A model generated the notes under the pieces. The model ran no database searches and was not told where the DNA came from. It was given only the letters and a program-made list of their open reading frames with translations. Positions 14,950 to 26,371 of a stretch of 42,879 nucleotides of DNA are shown here, piece by piece. Origin of the DNA: Seison nebaliae (Eukaryota); assembly GCA_023231475.1 (NCBI GenBank), contig JALJEE010000285.1, forward strand, positions 1-42,879, in the 5' to 3' direction. Positions within the stretch are counted from its first letter, which is position 1; each line of letters starts with the position of its first letter. Made by a program: the position numbers and the translations under genes.

Positions 14950-16680
14950 CTACAAAGGCAAATCGAATTTGACATTGACAGACGCTTGTTTAGCGATAGT
15001 GACAATTTCTGATAATTTCACTACTAATCGAGCAGCTTCATCCAAATTATCAATTGGTAAAATACGCAAATCACTTGTCGCTATCAATGCTTTAGCGTCA
15101 TCAACTCTCGTACCTATTATTATTATAAGATTATATAGAGAGTAAAACACATTTCCAACCTTGCAATCTTACAACTATTGGAACTTTCACTTTGAGATCT
15201 TTAGCAGCAGCAATAATTCCTTTCGCAATTACATCACATCTCATAATTCCTCCAAATATATTCACGAGAATCGCTTCTACTTTCGGATCAGCTGTTATTA
15301 TCTCGAATGCTTCTTTCACTTGATTCGCTGTAGCACCACCTCCAACATCCAGGAAATTTGCAGGATTTCCCCCATGCAACTTAATAATATCCATCGTTGC
15401 CATCGCCAACCCAGCACCATTGACTAATCGAAAAATATATTTTTAAAAAATTATATAAAATAAAAAAAAATATAAAATATTATATAAATTTAAAATATGA
15501 ACCTAAACAACCGATTTCACCATCCATATATTATAATATATAATCAATCAATTATATAAAATTAAAAAAAATATAAATATAAAATATTATATAAATTTAA
15601 AATATGAACCTAAACAACCGATTTCACCATCCAATCCAATATAATTTAATCCTGCATTTGATGCCTTGACATCACGCCAATCATCTTGTCGACGATCTTG
15701 TAACTCAAATAATTCTTTCTGACGGAATTGTGTATTATCGTCAACATTAATCTTACAATCCATACAATAAACTATTAGAAAATGTTTAACTTAAATTATA
15801 TACTATAAAATTATCATCACCTTTTCCATCATTTCCTTCTGCTAACGGATTCACTTCGAGTAGTACACAATCTTTTTTCACAAAAATATTATATAATTTG
15901 AATAATGTATCCACCATCTCATCAAAAGCAGTTCCATGAAATTGAAGTTTATGAGCTAAGTCTTGTGCTTGTTCCATTGTCAGTCCAGTGGTCAGATCTA
16001 CTGGTTCTTTGATTATAGCTTCCGGATTTTGTCTTGCCACTTGTTCGATCGATGTACCTCCTTGTGTCGATGAGACGATAACTGGTCCTTGAAATGATCG
16101 TTCGAGAGCAAATGCCAAATAATATTCACGTCTCGTAAATAATCGTTCACAAACCATTAACTGTGGAGAAAATAATGAATATTTAGAGGAAATAAGAAAA
16201 AATAAACATCATTCACTTGTTTGCCTTCTGGACCGGTTTGTTGAGTTACCAATTTATTGCCTAACATTTGTTCAGCAATTTCTTTCGCTTCTTTTGGTCT
16301 TTGAAAAATGTTATTATGAAAACGAAATTTCTCCTAACGAATAAACGAGTTTCACTCCACCTTTCAATCCATTCTCGAAATGTCCTTTACCACGACCACC
16401 AGCTAAAATTTGCGCTTTCACTACCAAATCTTTCTTTTCTTTTATTGCGTGGTCGTACACTTGATCAGGAGTTTGCGCTACGATAAAACTGGGAACTCGA
16501 ATCCCTTCAGATTTCAACAATTTCATTGAATTATATTCATGAAGGAGAAGATAAGATCTCTTCTGTGAAAAATTACCAATTAACTTTCAAAGAGAAAAAT
16601 TGAAAACGTTTGAAATTGAAGAAAAGAAAAACTTTTGGAATTCGGAATAAACTGCGACTAGTTCGTTGGAGAAAATTCAT
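14950..16680 (-). CDS. SUCLA2: Succinate-CoA ligase [ADP-forming] beta subunit, mitochondrial (7 exons)
   Basis: Motifs [76 protein letters not shown] and [13 protein letters not shown]. The C-terminus [11 protein letters not shown]...[24 protein letters not shown] matches the SUCLA2 (not SUCLG2) type. ATG at 16680 begins a presequence-like [12 protein letters not shown]. Confidence 0.95.
15449..15633. repeat. Tandem duplication (~80 bp) spanning an exon end and 5' splice site of SUCLA2
   Basis: aaatattatataaatttaaaatatgaacctaaacaaccgatttcaccatcca occurs at 15475-15526 and 15582-15633, with weaker similarity extending leftward. Confidence 0.9.
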
Positions 16681-17368
16681 TTTGTCTTTCTATTAAAATT
16701 GATTAATTATTGATTATGGATTATATTAATTGTCCGAAAATAATATTTAAAAGATAATATTAATTATAGATTTAATTATTTATAAATATTCTTATTATAC
16801 AGAGTTTTCCAAGCCCAAACTCTAAATGAATTTTCAATTCGAATATCATTTCAATTTTTCAAGGAGAATAATCTTTTTCTAATCGACGATAATTTTCAAA
16901 TAATATTTTTAAAACAATTATGTGTAGTCAACTAATTTCATCTTGCATATTTTTCCAACAAATTTTGTGGTGGAAATCGAACTAATAAAATTTTATAAGT
17001 TACTCTCAAGCAAAGTTCTTATTACAATTATGAATGACTCCTTCATTAATCACACATTAACTTACAGTATTATGATTACTTGTTAATATTATCTACAAAA
17101 TTTCGGAATTTTCATTATTGTTCATGAATTATACAGTTCAAGAAATTATCAAAAGTTATAATTCTTGAATACGGATGATACATCTTTCTGATAATTGGCA
17201 ACGTATTAATCTTGTTGAACTGAAAGGTGAAATCTAAAATATTAGAAACACAAATTTTTGTTGGTGTATTCCTATTCATTTACGTATTAAATAATTGTTA
17301 TTATTCTTAATATCTTTTGTATAATAACAATATAATATATAATTAAGAATTTTTTCCCATCTCAATAG

Positions 17369-17440
17369 GGCTTGGTGGTCTAGTGGTATGATTTCCGCTT
17401 AGGGTGCGGGAGGTCCCGGGTTCAATCCCCGGCCAAGCCC
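17369..17440 (+). tRNA. tRNA-Pro(AGG): tRNA-Pro, anticodon AGG
   Basis: Acceptor stem GGCTTGG/CCAAGCC, A box TGGTCTAGTGG, anticodon arm TCCGC-TTAGGGT-GCGGG, T arm CCGGG-TTCAATC-CCCGG; 72 nt. Confidence 0.97.
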
Positions 17441-17447
17441 AAAATAA

Positions 17448-17452
17448 TTTTT
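17448..17452 (+). terminator. RNA polymerase III T-run terminator of tRNA-Pro
   Basis: TTTTT begins 8 nt after the tRNA 3' end. Confidence 0.7.
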
Positions 17453-18517
17453 CTTCTCTACCTCCGTCCCCAAGTGACGGTACACGACACTTCTTTTCTT
17501 GAAACAGAAAAAAGGAACATAAAGCCACTTGGAAGATGGTTCATCAAAATTGATTCAAACTACAATTTCTTTCTTCATTGACCAATTTTTCTTTCGATCT
17601 GTCATCGATCGATCAATTCAATGCAGGACCAAAATGAAATCATATAATGTCTTCCATGTATCAGTTTCTTTCGTTACTATTATTCGTTAATGATACATAT
17701 TACCTTGGACGTTACATTTTTAAATTCTCTCTCACTTGGATCACACAAAATCTCTTATTTCTGATGACTCATCAGCTGACGATAAATATATATATAAATA
17801 AAATCCTCATCATATCATCAGTCATTATGTTTTTTAAAATTTATCCCGCGAGGGTTTGTTGTATTGAATCAAAATAGTCTAACTTTGTTTTGCGACGTTT
17901 AATCTAAAAGTAGTAAATTAAAAACGTGAAATAAAATTGTTTCGATCCAAAATTAGAAGCAAAAGTCAAAATTCTTCTGTTCAAACAATGAAAAATTTTT
18001 GGCACGGTTTTTTAAAGAAAGAAATTGAGGAAAGAAAAGAGTAATAATTTAGTTATAATTTAGAAATCACATTTCTTCCTATCGATTTTTCATCTCTTAT
18101 TATGAATTTTATTTTTCTCGCTGTTTCTAGAATATAATGAACAACGAAGTGGGTTGAGGATTCCTCAATATCTGAATCGACTATGATTCACTTCAGTATT
18201 CTTCAGAGTGAAGTTTTTCCGAAATTCAATTTCATTTTAATTTTCTTCCATCATTTTTTTCGATTAGTGATCGGATAGGGATTTCGCAATAGATCTGTTT
18301 TCGACAAAAAATTAAAAAAAATATTATTGTTATTTTTTCATTGAGATTTGATGTCGAACAAAATGCGTATGAAAAAGAGGTGTAGGATGTAAAGAAAAAA
18401 CATATTTAAAATTTGTGGTTTTATATTTTGTGCACTATGCATAAAATCTGGAAATTTATCTAAAATATTGTTTCCTTTATGATGATTCTGATCGTCATTC
18501 ATCATTCAAATTCAACG

Positions 18518-21029
18518 TCAGATTATCTTCAAACGATTGGAAGTGCAAAGCTGAGAGATATGATGATATATAAAGAAAAAGATAATTTCTATGAATTCGA
18601 AAAATGTCAATAACGACATCCCAAAAATAAGTGCACAATTACCACCAAATCCTTCTATAAACATGTGCAAAGGTTTCAAATAAACATCTTGATTCTCAAT
18701 AACCCCAGTATTCTTCCATTTAAACTTTATTGATATGAGAGACGATCTAAATTATTAATTGTTAATATTAATAGTATAAATACACAAGTCAAAAATAGTA
18801 ACCTGTAGTCTTGGACTGTTAAACATTCTCCTTTGCCATTTCGATTTTTACATTCCTTATATTCTTTTTCAATTATTTTCGGTAACTTTCCCCGAAATGA
18901 TGTACTTTGTTTTTGAGTTTCGATATAGAATCCATATTTCTCATGAGCACAATTACATGTTGAAAGATTATGGACTGCTAGAAAGAGAAGGTACAATGGA
19001 GATGATTTGTAAAATATTTACATTTTAACACAGTTTGATTGAAGAGCATTTCTAATTTTCTCACACAAAATCTTTTAGTTATCGACTCATTGATATATTT
19101 GGAAGAAACAACTGTATTGGTACAATCTCCAAAATTTTCTATACTACTATAAATGCATCGAGTCAAGCAATGAATGTATAGTGAGGAATTTCCATAGTTT
19201 TTAATCTCTCCTTCGTGATCCAATTCACTCTCATCGAAATCCAAGTTTTTCTTCTGTTCAATCGAATAGTATAACAATTAAATATATTATAATAATTTTT
19301 CAATTGAATTTATTAACTAAAGATAAGGAGAATTTTATCAAGTTTGATGATCCATAAAGAAGAGGCATATCCCATTGTGATTCGATGACAAAATTATTTG
19401 GTGGGACTACAAAAACACCTACAGCTCTCTACAATATCGTTTGATTTACTGGAAAAGGAATAAACAACATAAATTATAACTATGTTAGAAACGTAATCAT
19501 TAAGGAGATCCATTTCGTATGTTTTCAAGTCGTAAATTATCTCGAATTGTGAATATTTTCCAACGAGCATAGGCTCACCAAAAAAATACTCTACGCAACT
19601 GACATCATATTGAAAAATAAATTGTTTATTCTAATAATGTGAGAAAAGAAATTCAAATTTTTTTAAACTTAAAAAGAAACTTTCTTTAGACACTCCTTTC
19701 CATTGAATTTACATAGAAGCTCCGTTGGATGAATTTCATCAGGAAGTACAACTTTCTCAATTACTGTTCGATAAAGATGACGGTGTTGGAGGAGACATAA
19801 TGAAAACTTTCATGAAATGTTTTATTGACATCCAGTTTGTAGAGAAGATAAATTGAAAACGAATATTGCAATTTGTTGATGGAACGAAAACTTTTCAGTT
19901 CCTTCTCCGAATGTTTAACAACCAGACGACGAATTAAAGTGTCGATCTGAGTGAAATTACCAGTATATTTCTTCTCGTCTAACCAACCTACTCGTTCTCC
20001 ATAATAATAATAATTATGTTTCCATAATATGATATATTCGTTTAAATATTCATACGTTAATTCTATAGGATTATTAAAAACTTTTCCATTATTTATTGTT
20101 AAATTGATTATACTTAAAAGAATTTCTTTCAATTCATTTCCTTTACCTTTATTAATCTTGTCTTTCCAATGATAAATTGCTTGGAAAAAAAAATGATAAA
20201 AATGCGAATATTCTTCGGTTATCACGATGTTGAATATATTTGTTGCAGAAAGGAGACAGGTATCGTTAAACAGTTTACTATCAGCAATTACATCGTTCAT
20301 AATCATTAAATTCAAATAATTGTTTAGTGTTATAATTTCTTCAATCGTGTCGTTAGAGAATAAGTTGTTAATAGAAAATAGTTTTCCAATAAGTTTGTTG
20401 TAGTTATAATTGAGTTCAATTGCATGTTGGTTGAACTTTACATCCCATCTTAAGAGTCGTGCTTGAATTTCTTCATTATTCGAACAGTATTTAAAAGGTT
20501 TAGAATCATAGTAACACATAGGTATTATCCATTTACCAATCACACAAAATTTTGTAAAAAACTTCTCATATCTTCTCAACAAAATTTCAAGAGTTTCTTT
20601 CAACAGTTCACTCATAATTTTCATTATTTCACCAGTAATTATGAAATTATACGCTGACATAGTGCGACGCGCATGCACATAATTAAAATAATTTTGAATC
20701 TTTTTTTTTTCTGTTTCATTTCTAGCATTTTTTCGATATTTGGCATAATAACATAACGTAATTTTTGGCATGGGTAAAACTGGATAGTATCGATCTGAAG
20801 TAACGGAAACGGATTCCTTTTGCCAGAAAGGTCGGAACTCTTTATAGATGCTGATGACTAATGCCAACATTACTACAATGACATTATGATATTAGTGGAG
20901 GAATAATTAAACTAAACGAATTACATTTAAAATAATGAAGAAAGCTTTTTTTGTTTTATTTGTGCATTTTCTAAATTTGCCAATCGCATGATTCGTCGAT
21001 TGTTCCAGTAGAAAATTTAAATGACTCAT
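18518..21029 (-). CDS. DEG/ENaC (amiloride-sensitive sodium channel family) subunit 1, divergent (about 8 exons)
   Basis: N-terminal EQSTNHAIG, hydrophobic TM1, post-TM1 LPMPKITLC, LCKFNGKEC, Cys-containing thumb (CLTRC, CNCAHEKY) and TM2 EGFGGNCALIFGMSLLTFFEFIE. Seven short introns restore the frame. Confidence 0.85.
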
Positions 21030-21339
21030 CACGATAAATTAATTTGAAAATGGTGGAAAATTCATGTTAAATAGATAATAATGAAACGTTTATTTAAAAG
21101 TTTCACAAGAATAACAAAATTATTTTTTTATTATTAGCATATCGGCATGAAACTAATTTCCTACAATTAATGAAACTACGATTGCGTAATTAGTATTACT
21201 CACAGACATCTCCTAAAATTCAATCTTACAATAGTTAGTAGTTTGTTCATGTTCACATTCAATGCTCATCGTCTTTTGTATAACTTGAAAATTAATGAAA
21301 ATAATTTCAATTCAAATCAATTGCATATCTGAAGAATAT

Positions 21340-21595
21340 TAGGATAAATAAAATTTCTCATTAGTTTATTAATATTTCCATTACTATACTATTGTACCTT
21401 GCAGCTCGATAGAGTCATATTGGGGCGTGCGTAACACAGTAGTTTATGCACGTTCCCAACGCCACAACGATGGGACATACGTCTCGCGCTACGTAGAGAT
21501 CTCCTACCACTGACCGCAGAGGAGATCGATAAAAAAAAAATTATCCCGGCGGGAATTTCACTTAAAAAAAAAAAAAATTTATAGGACTAATAACT
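21340..21595 (+). other. GC-rich structured element with A-tracts (candidate SINE or unknown ncRNA)
   Basis: GC island in AT-rich DNA with hairpins at 21420-21459, 21471-21486 and 21498-21527, then A10, TTATCCCGGCGGGAATTT and a ~15-nt A run. Flanked by imperfect 30-bp direct repeats. Confidence 0.45.
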
Positions 21596-21961
21596 ATTCA
21601 AATCTGCAATACGACTGAAGAATATATTCCCTAAAAAGTAGTATAAAAAAAGAATCAACAATGAAAATTAATGTGCATTCTTGTCCAAGATTTTTTTTCA
21701 AATAAATGAATTATTTTATTCCAGTAGTATTGAAGAAATCATTTAAACTATATTGAGATCATTGAGATACTTCTCATAGTCGATCTCGCGAGAATTTTGT
21801 TGAAGAGAATTTGAAATTTTAATGAGGAATATTATTGGTGAATAAGAGAAAAGTTAGAAATGAATTGACATAATGTGATATAATTATAATTTTGTGAATA
21901 AATGGAAAGATCGTTGAAAATTATGTATAAAATGAAGAAATGATATTGGTAGAAGATGAGA

Positions 21962-24796
21962 TTAAATATAATGAAATAGATGGAATGTGATTGAAATGAG
22001 GAAAACATAAATATTTATAGTCATCAAATTACCATGACCAATTCGACATGTTAAAATTTCATATAAACTTTTCTTCACATTCGACTCCTTCATCACATTA
22101 CGACGATACCAGAGATCATATTCATTCTCAACTTGTCCACCGTCGTAGAAAGTGTATTTGTAAGAGAATGGGAATTCGTAACCTTGTTGACAAACACATT
22201 TGTAGCCGCCTGGTCGAAAACCATGACCTTCCACAAATACGCATTCAGTACTTGATGATTCACATTTATGAGTAGAACGGAAAGCATTTGGTGTAAATAT
22301 ATCATCATTATTACATTGATTAATACTTAAATCATCTAATAATATATCGACTCGGACAACGCCATGGAATTCTAATTGACTAAGAATATTTCTTCCGAAA
22401 AATGGGACAACAAATGGAATTACCCATTTTTTCGTATTAGCTCCTTTGACTTCGGGATAACTGAGGAAATATGGTGACAGCCATTGTCCATGAGATAGTT
22501 TTGGGGCGAAATAATATTGGGGAAATGCACTCTCGTATTGAGATAAAGCCGATCCATAAATATCGGAACGAATGAATAAATTATAAGTGAATTGTTCCAA
22601 TTCCATTTCCATAGCATTCGCCACCCATCTCGTTTTGACATGAGTAAACCATTGGTCGTTATGATAACCACCCGGTTTACCATACCAATCATCAACTTGA
22701 TAATCTTCTCCGATACGATAAGCGTATGGTCCGAAATATGAACGTCCTTTCAATTTGCCTCGATCGAAGAAGATTCCACAACCTGCTATCTGAGTATCTC
22801 CCATCACTACACTAACTGCCTCTGCTACAATTTGATCGATTGTCAAACTTTTTTCCGGTCTTCTCAACGGAAATTCTTCTTCTTCATTAACTAATTGACG
22901 GAATGCGGAAAGGAAATGAGAAACAGATAATCCCATTCTTGCTTGAGATTCGAATTGTCCGTCCACACCATAAATTACATCTCCGGGTAATGTCTTATTC
23001 TCTAAGGAAAGTAATTCTTCTTCCATATTCTCTACTTGACGTTGCTTCTCAAAAATATGTCTAGCACGTTCCCATGACGACGTCTGACTTGATAAGAACA
23101 TAGTTTCGGAGAATCCATTCGTTTCCTCTTCTTCTTTCACTTCCTCATTCAATTCATAATCATAATTATCATAATTATTTTCAGTTATTGTACTAGTTGT
23201 CGAAGGTTGTTGAGTTGTTGTTATTGTTATTTGCGTTGTTGTTGTTGGAATTGTGAAGAGATTATTATCAGTTACTGAATAATAATCAGAATAATCATTA
23301 TTTTCTGAATTATTCTTTTCTGGAATTTGATTATTCATCTGTCGACGATATCGATGAATTCCATCAAAAATAGTTGTTGGTAAATATTTGGGCGTTTTCA
23401 AATCGCCCCGTTCTCCAAAGAACATTTGATAAGATATATCAGATATTTTTGATAATAAATTATCTTCGACTGATCTCCTCCGTCGACGATATGGTCTCGT
23501 TCCTTCAAATAATGGTTCCGATTTCAATAATTGAATTGGAATACAATCGAAATTATTTTCATATTCTTCACCAGTCGCCATTTCGATCGTTTCACCCAGG
23601 AACGGACCATGTTGAAATGGAGGTAAACGATAACCAGTCTTACAAATACAATGATAACCACCACGACGGAAACCGAAACCAGATAACGGTTCACAAACCG
23701 TCGTCTCCATTTTACATTTATGTGTGTACCAATATGGATTATCCGGTCGAGTATTTGAAATGTATTTGTCCGGACGATCACAAGGATTATAATCGATCAT
23801 CAAGAAATCCATGTCGGCAATCGCCACTGCTACATATTCTGTTTTCTTCACATTTCCTTCATAATCGGCATGTCTCGGAAATCTTCCAGCGATTGGTGAA
23901 AGAGCACTAATTATCCATTTATTCGATCTACCACAATCGAAATAAGGTCGAGTGAAATTAACTGGAGAATAAAGTTCACCAGATTGCTGAATTTTCCCCG
24001 ATTTCGACGGATATGGGGGTCCGTAAAAATCGATGGAAATTTCATCAGTTTTCATTACTCCTTCACGAATGGCATGTCGAATTTTTACTTTGTACACTTG
24101 TGTATTAATTTGTGATCTTAATGGTAAATAAATTCCATACCATGCATTCGCCCGATAACTTCGACTGTAATAATTTTCAGTTCCTAAATCAATTCCACGA
24201 ATTGTATTCAATGTCCATTTATTCCTCCAATTATGTGCATCATAAAAATCGTCTTCTCTCCATGAACGTGGTGCAAAATATCTTACCGTCTTATTGAAGA
24301 AGTTCTTGTACCAATGAGTGAATGCACGATGTTCTGCATATAAAAGACCAGAACCGTTCACATAACCTGCACCAGCACTAATATCCGTTGCCGAATGCAA
24401 CATATAATAGAGGAGGCCTGGTTGGAAGAAATCGAAAGCACGAGCCATAATATAAGAATATAACATAGCCGTTCTCCTCGCCACATTATGCACGTGCATT
24501 AATTGTGTTCGATTCCGTCGGAGATATTCCATTTTTAACATCTCAATACTCGGTACATCATGCACGCTGTTGATGGGCATGAACAATTCTTCTTTCGTTT
24601 TATATGCACAATTATCTTTCGTTACTGAATCAAATATTTTCATGACTTTCTGAATAGGATTCGATTTAGTATGTCGAATTCCTTTTGGCGAATAGTCTTC
24701 GATCCAATCGAATTGTCCATTCGTATGAATTAGGTAACTACTTAAAAATATTATTATTATTACTCTTCTTCTCAAAATGGGGAATGTGAATGACAT
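21962..24796 (-). CDS. Intronless secreted, probably GPI-anchored protein with two tandem GPR158/179-like extracellular (Cache + EGF-like) modules and no 7TM domain
   Basis: 944-aa ORF with an N-terminal signal-like sequence. Module 1: FTRPYFDCGRSNKW...HKCKMETTVCEPLSGFGFRRGGYHCICKTGY. Module 2: WLSPYF..KKW...EFHGV...INQC...HKCESSSTECVFVEGHGFRPGGYKCVCQQGY. Central RRRRR and Thr/acidic linker; hydrophobic extreme C-terminus. Confidence 0.82.
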   Translation of the reverse strand: MSFTFPILRRRVIIIIFLSSYLIHTNGQFDWIEDYSPKGIRHTKSNPIQKVMKIFDSVTKDNCAYKTKEELFMPINSVHDVPSIEMLKMEYLRRNRTQLMHVHNVARRTAMLYSYIMARAFDFFQPGLLYYMLHSATDISAGAGYVNGSGLLYAEHRAFTHWYKNFFNKTVRYFAPRSWREDDFYDAHNWRNKWTLNTIRGIDLGTENYYSRSYRANAWYGIYLPLRSQINTQVYKVKIRHAIREGVMKTDEISIDFYGPPYPSKSGKIQQSGELYSPVNFTRPYFDCGRSNKWIISALSPIAGRFPRHADYEGNVKKTEYVAVAIADMDFLMIDYNPCDRPDKYISNTRPDNPYWYTHKCKMETTVCEPLSGFGFRRGGYHCICKTGYRLPPFQHGPFLGETIEMATGEEYENNFDCIPIQLLKSEPLFEGTRPYRRRRRSVEDNLLSKISDISYQMFFGERGDLKTPKYLPTTIFDGIHRYRRQMNNQIPEKNNSENNDYSDYYSVTDNNLFTIPTTTTQITITTTQQPSTTSTITENNYDNYDYELNEEVKEEEETNGFSETMFLSSQTSSWERARHIFEKQRQVENMEEELLSLENKTLPGDVIYGVDGQFESQARMGLSVSHFLSAFRQLVNEEEEFPLRRPEKSLTIDQIVAEAVSVVMGDTQIAGCGIFFDRGKLKGRSYFGPYAYRIGEDYQVDDWYGKPGGYHNDQWFTHVKTRWVANAMEMELEQFTYNLFIRSDIYGSALSQYESAFPQYYFAPKLSHGQWLSPYFLSYPEVKGANTKKWVIPFVVPFFGRNILSQLEFHGVVRVDILLDDLSINQCNNDDIFTPNAFRSTHKCESSSTECVFVEGHGFRPGGYKCVCQQGYEFPFSYKYTFYDGGQVENEYDLWYRRNVMKESNVKKSLYEILTCRIGHGNLMTINIYVFLISITFHLFHYI

Positions 24797-24961
24797 TTTG
24801 AAAAACTGGGTAAATTAATAATTCTTTTTAACCTTTCAGCTTAACTTTCAATCAATTCTCTTAATTCATTGATTTCTCTTAATCTCATTTAATCAAATTC
24901 ATTTCGTATAAGTTTGCGTCCCTAATTATTTTAATTTGATAGTTAATTAATTTTCGGATAT
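24752..24961 (-). repeat. Dispersed direct repeat, copy 1 (upstream region + start codon of the Cache-EGF gene)
   Basis: Shares gaatgacattttgaaaa..tg.gtaaattaataatt and aatcaaatt.atttc..ataag blocks with 26372-26558 and 30754-30938. Confidence 0.85.
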
Positions 24962-25203
24962 CCATACTATTATTATTATTATTATTCGATTATATTAGAA
25001 AAAAATTATCAGAAATTTCAATTCGAGAAATTTCATAAACAAATAAATGTTATTTTTCTTGCGGGTTTTGTTTCTTTTCTACGTTTGATGGTAAATGAAA
25101 TAATCAACTTCATATGAACAATCAGTGGACGAAGAAATTTGGACTTATTGTATCAAAATGACCCATCTTCAATTGTAGGACAAACTGGAAAATAGATCCA
25201 TGG

Positions 25204-26030
25204 AATTATTATTATTTATTATCAAAATTCCCGTCGGGATAAATTGAAAAAATATTAAAAAGTTTCCGGTCCTCACCAATGTTGATCAAGTGGTGCAAGT
25301 CGATAAGAGTTTCTTGATTAATCGGAGAAGACGTGATCGAATAGTAGGAAAAAATGAAGTCCTTAAAATCGGGCAGGAGAATATCTCGTGGTAAATCGTA
25401 GTATTGAATAGTATGAGAAAAGATTGAGCGAACGTAGAAAGCATTAGTATAAGTAGTAAAAGAAGTGAGAGAATTCGAAACTGAAATTTTGTCCAAAAGA
25501 GAAGAAATTCGACGTGAAAAGAAAATAGACAGTAGAAGAAAAACAATGGTGGCGAAGAGTAAAGAACGATTGCAGCTGTGGAAACAACAGACTAATCTTA
25601 CGATCACGATGTCATCTGCATATGCCATGACATGCGAAATCTACAATAGCGATTGTTTCCTATGTAAATGTCGCCTGATTCATTTAGATTGCTGAGAACG
25701 CCGTCAATGACTAACTCAAAAAGCCAAGGACCTAGAATGGTACCTTGACGAACACCAGAGTTGATGGAAAAAAATCACTGTTCTGGTTTCCAATGACGAG
25801 GCTCCCCAGAGATTCGTAACAAAGATGGTAAAGAAATCTGAGAAAATGGGCTTTCACCCCATGACGATTCAATTGATTCAACGCGAAGGATACAAAAGAA
25901 CAACGAAAAAGAAAGTGTAGCGAGACATTTTGCTTCTTGCATGATATAAGTGAGCGACGAAGGAAAACAGGAGGATATACATGTATATCTCGGCAAGATA
26001 ATCGATTTACTGCCAATGTGACAAGTGACT
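25204..26030 (-). mobile_element. Degenerate non-LTR retrotransposon (LINE) reverse-transcriptase fragment
   Basis: Frameshifted minus-strand translation gives SINSGVRQGTILGPWLFELVIDGVL (RT GxRQG motif) then SHVMAYADDIVIV (YADD). A (TAA)n-like tail lies at 25204-25222. The left boundary is inferred from the tail and the right boundary is approximate. Confidence 0.85.
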
Positions 26031-26371
26031 TACATTAATTTCTGTTCTTCTTCCGATTTAATTACTCGTAATTGATCGATAGTTTTCTGGAGTTTCCTGT
26101 TAATTTTTAAAGAATTCTCATCAATTCCATTCATGTATATCTGCGATGCCATCTCATAGATGAAAGCTGACGGCGAAGTGAACGAAGATGACGAATCATA
26201 AATCTCCTAAATTTAGTTACATTTAGTAACTATCTCAACAGAAAAGATGCCAAAATAGATAAAAGTATAAAAAAAATTTAATAATATTGTGCGTATCTAA
26301 TTTAGTCTACTTATTTATATAAAAAACAAAGGGTAAACAGTATTGCAATTATTTTCAAGTTTTTATTGTTA

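Noticed and set aside
17343..17528. 61-aa minus-strand ORF containing WPGIEPGTSRTLS
   Set aside because: It is the antisense translation of the tRNA-Pro gene.
21386..21530. Possible variant U1 snRNA (ATACTATTGTACCTTGCAG resembles the U1 5' end) or HDV-like ribozyme (minus-strand ATCTCCTCTGCGGT)
   Set aside because: No U1-70K loop (GATCACGAAG), closing helix or Sm site for U1, and no P1/P2 pairing partners for an HDV fold. 5S, SRP and tRNA motifs are also absent.
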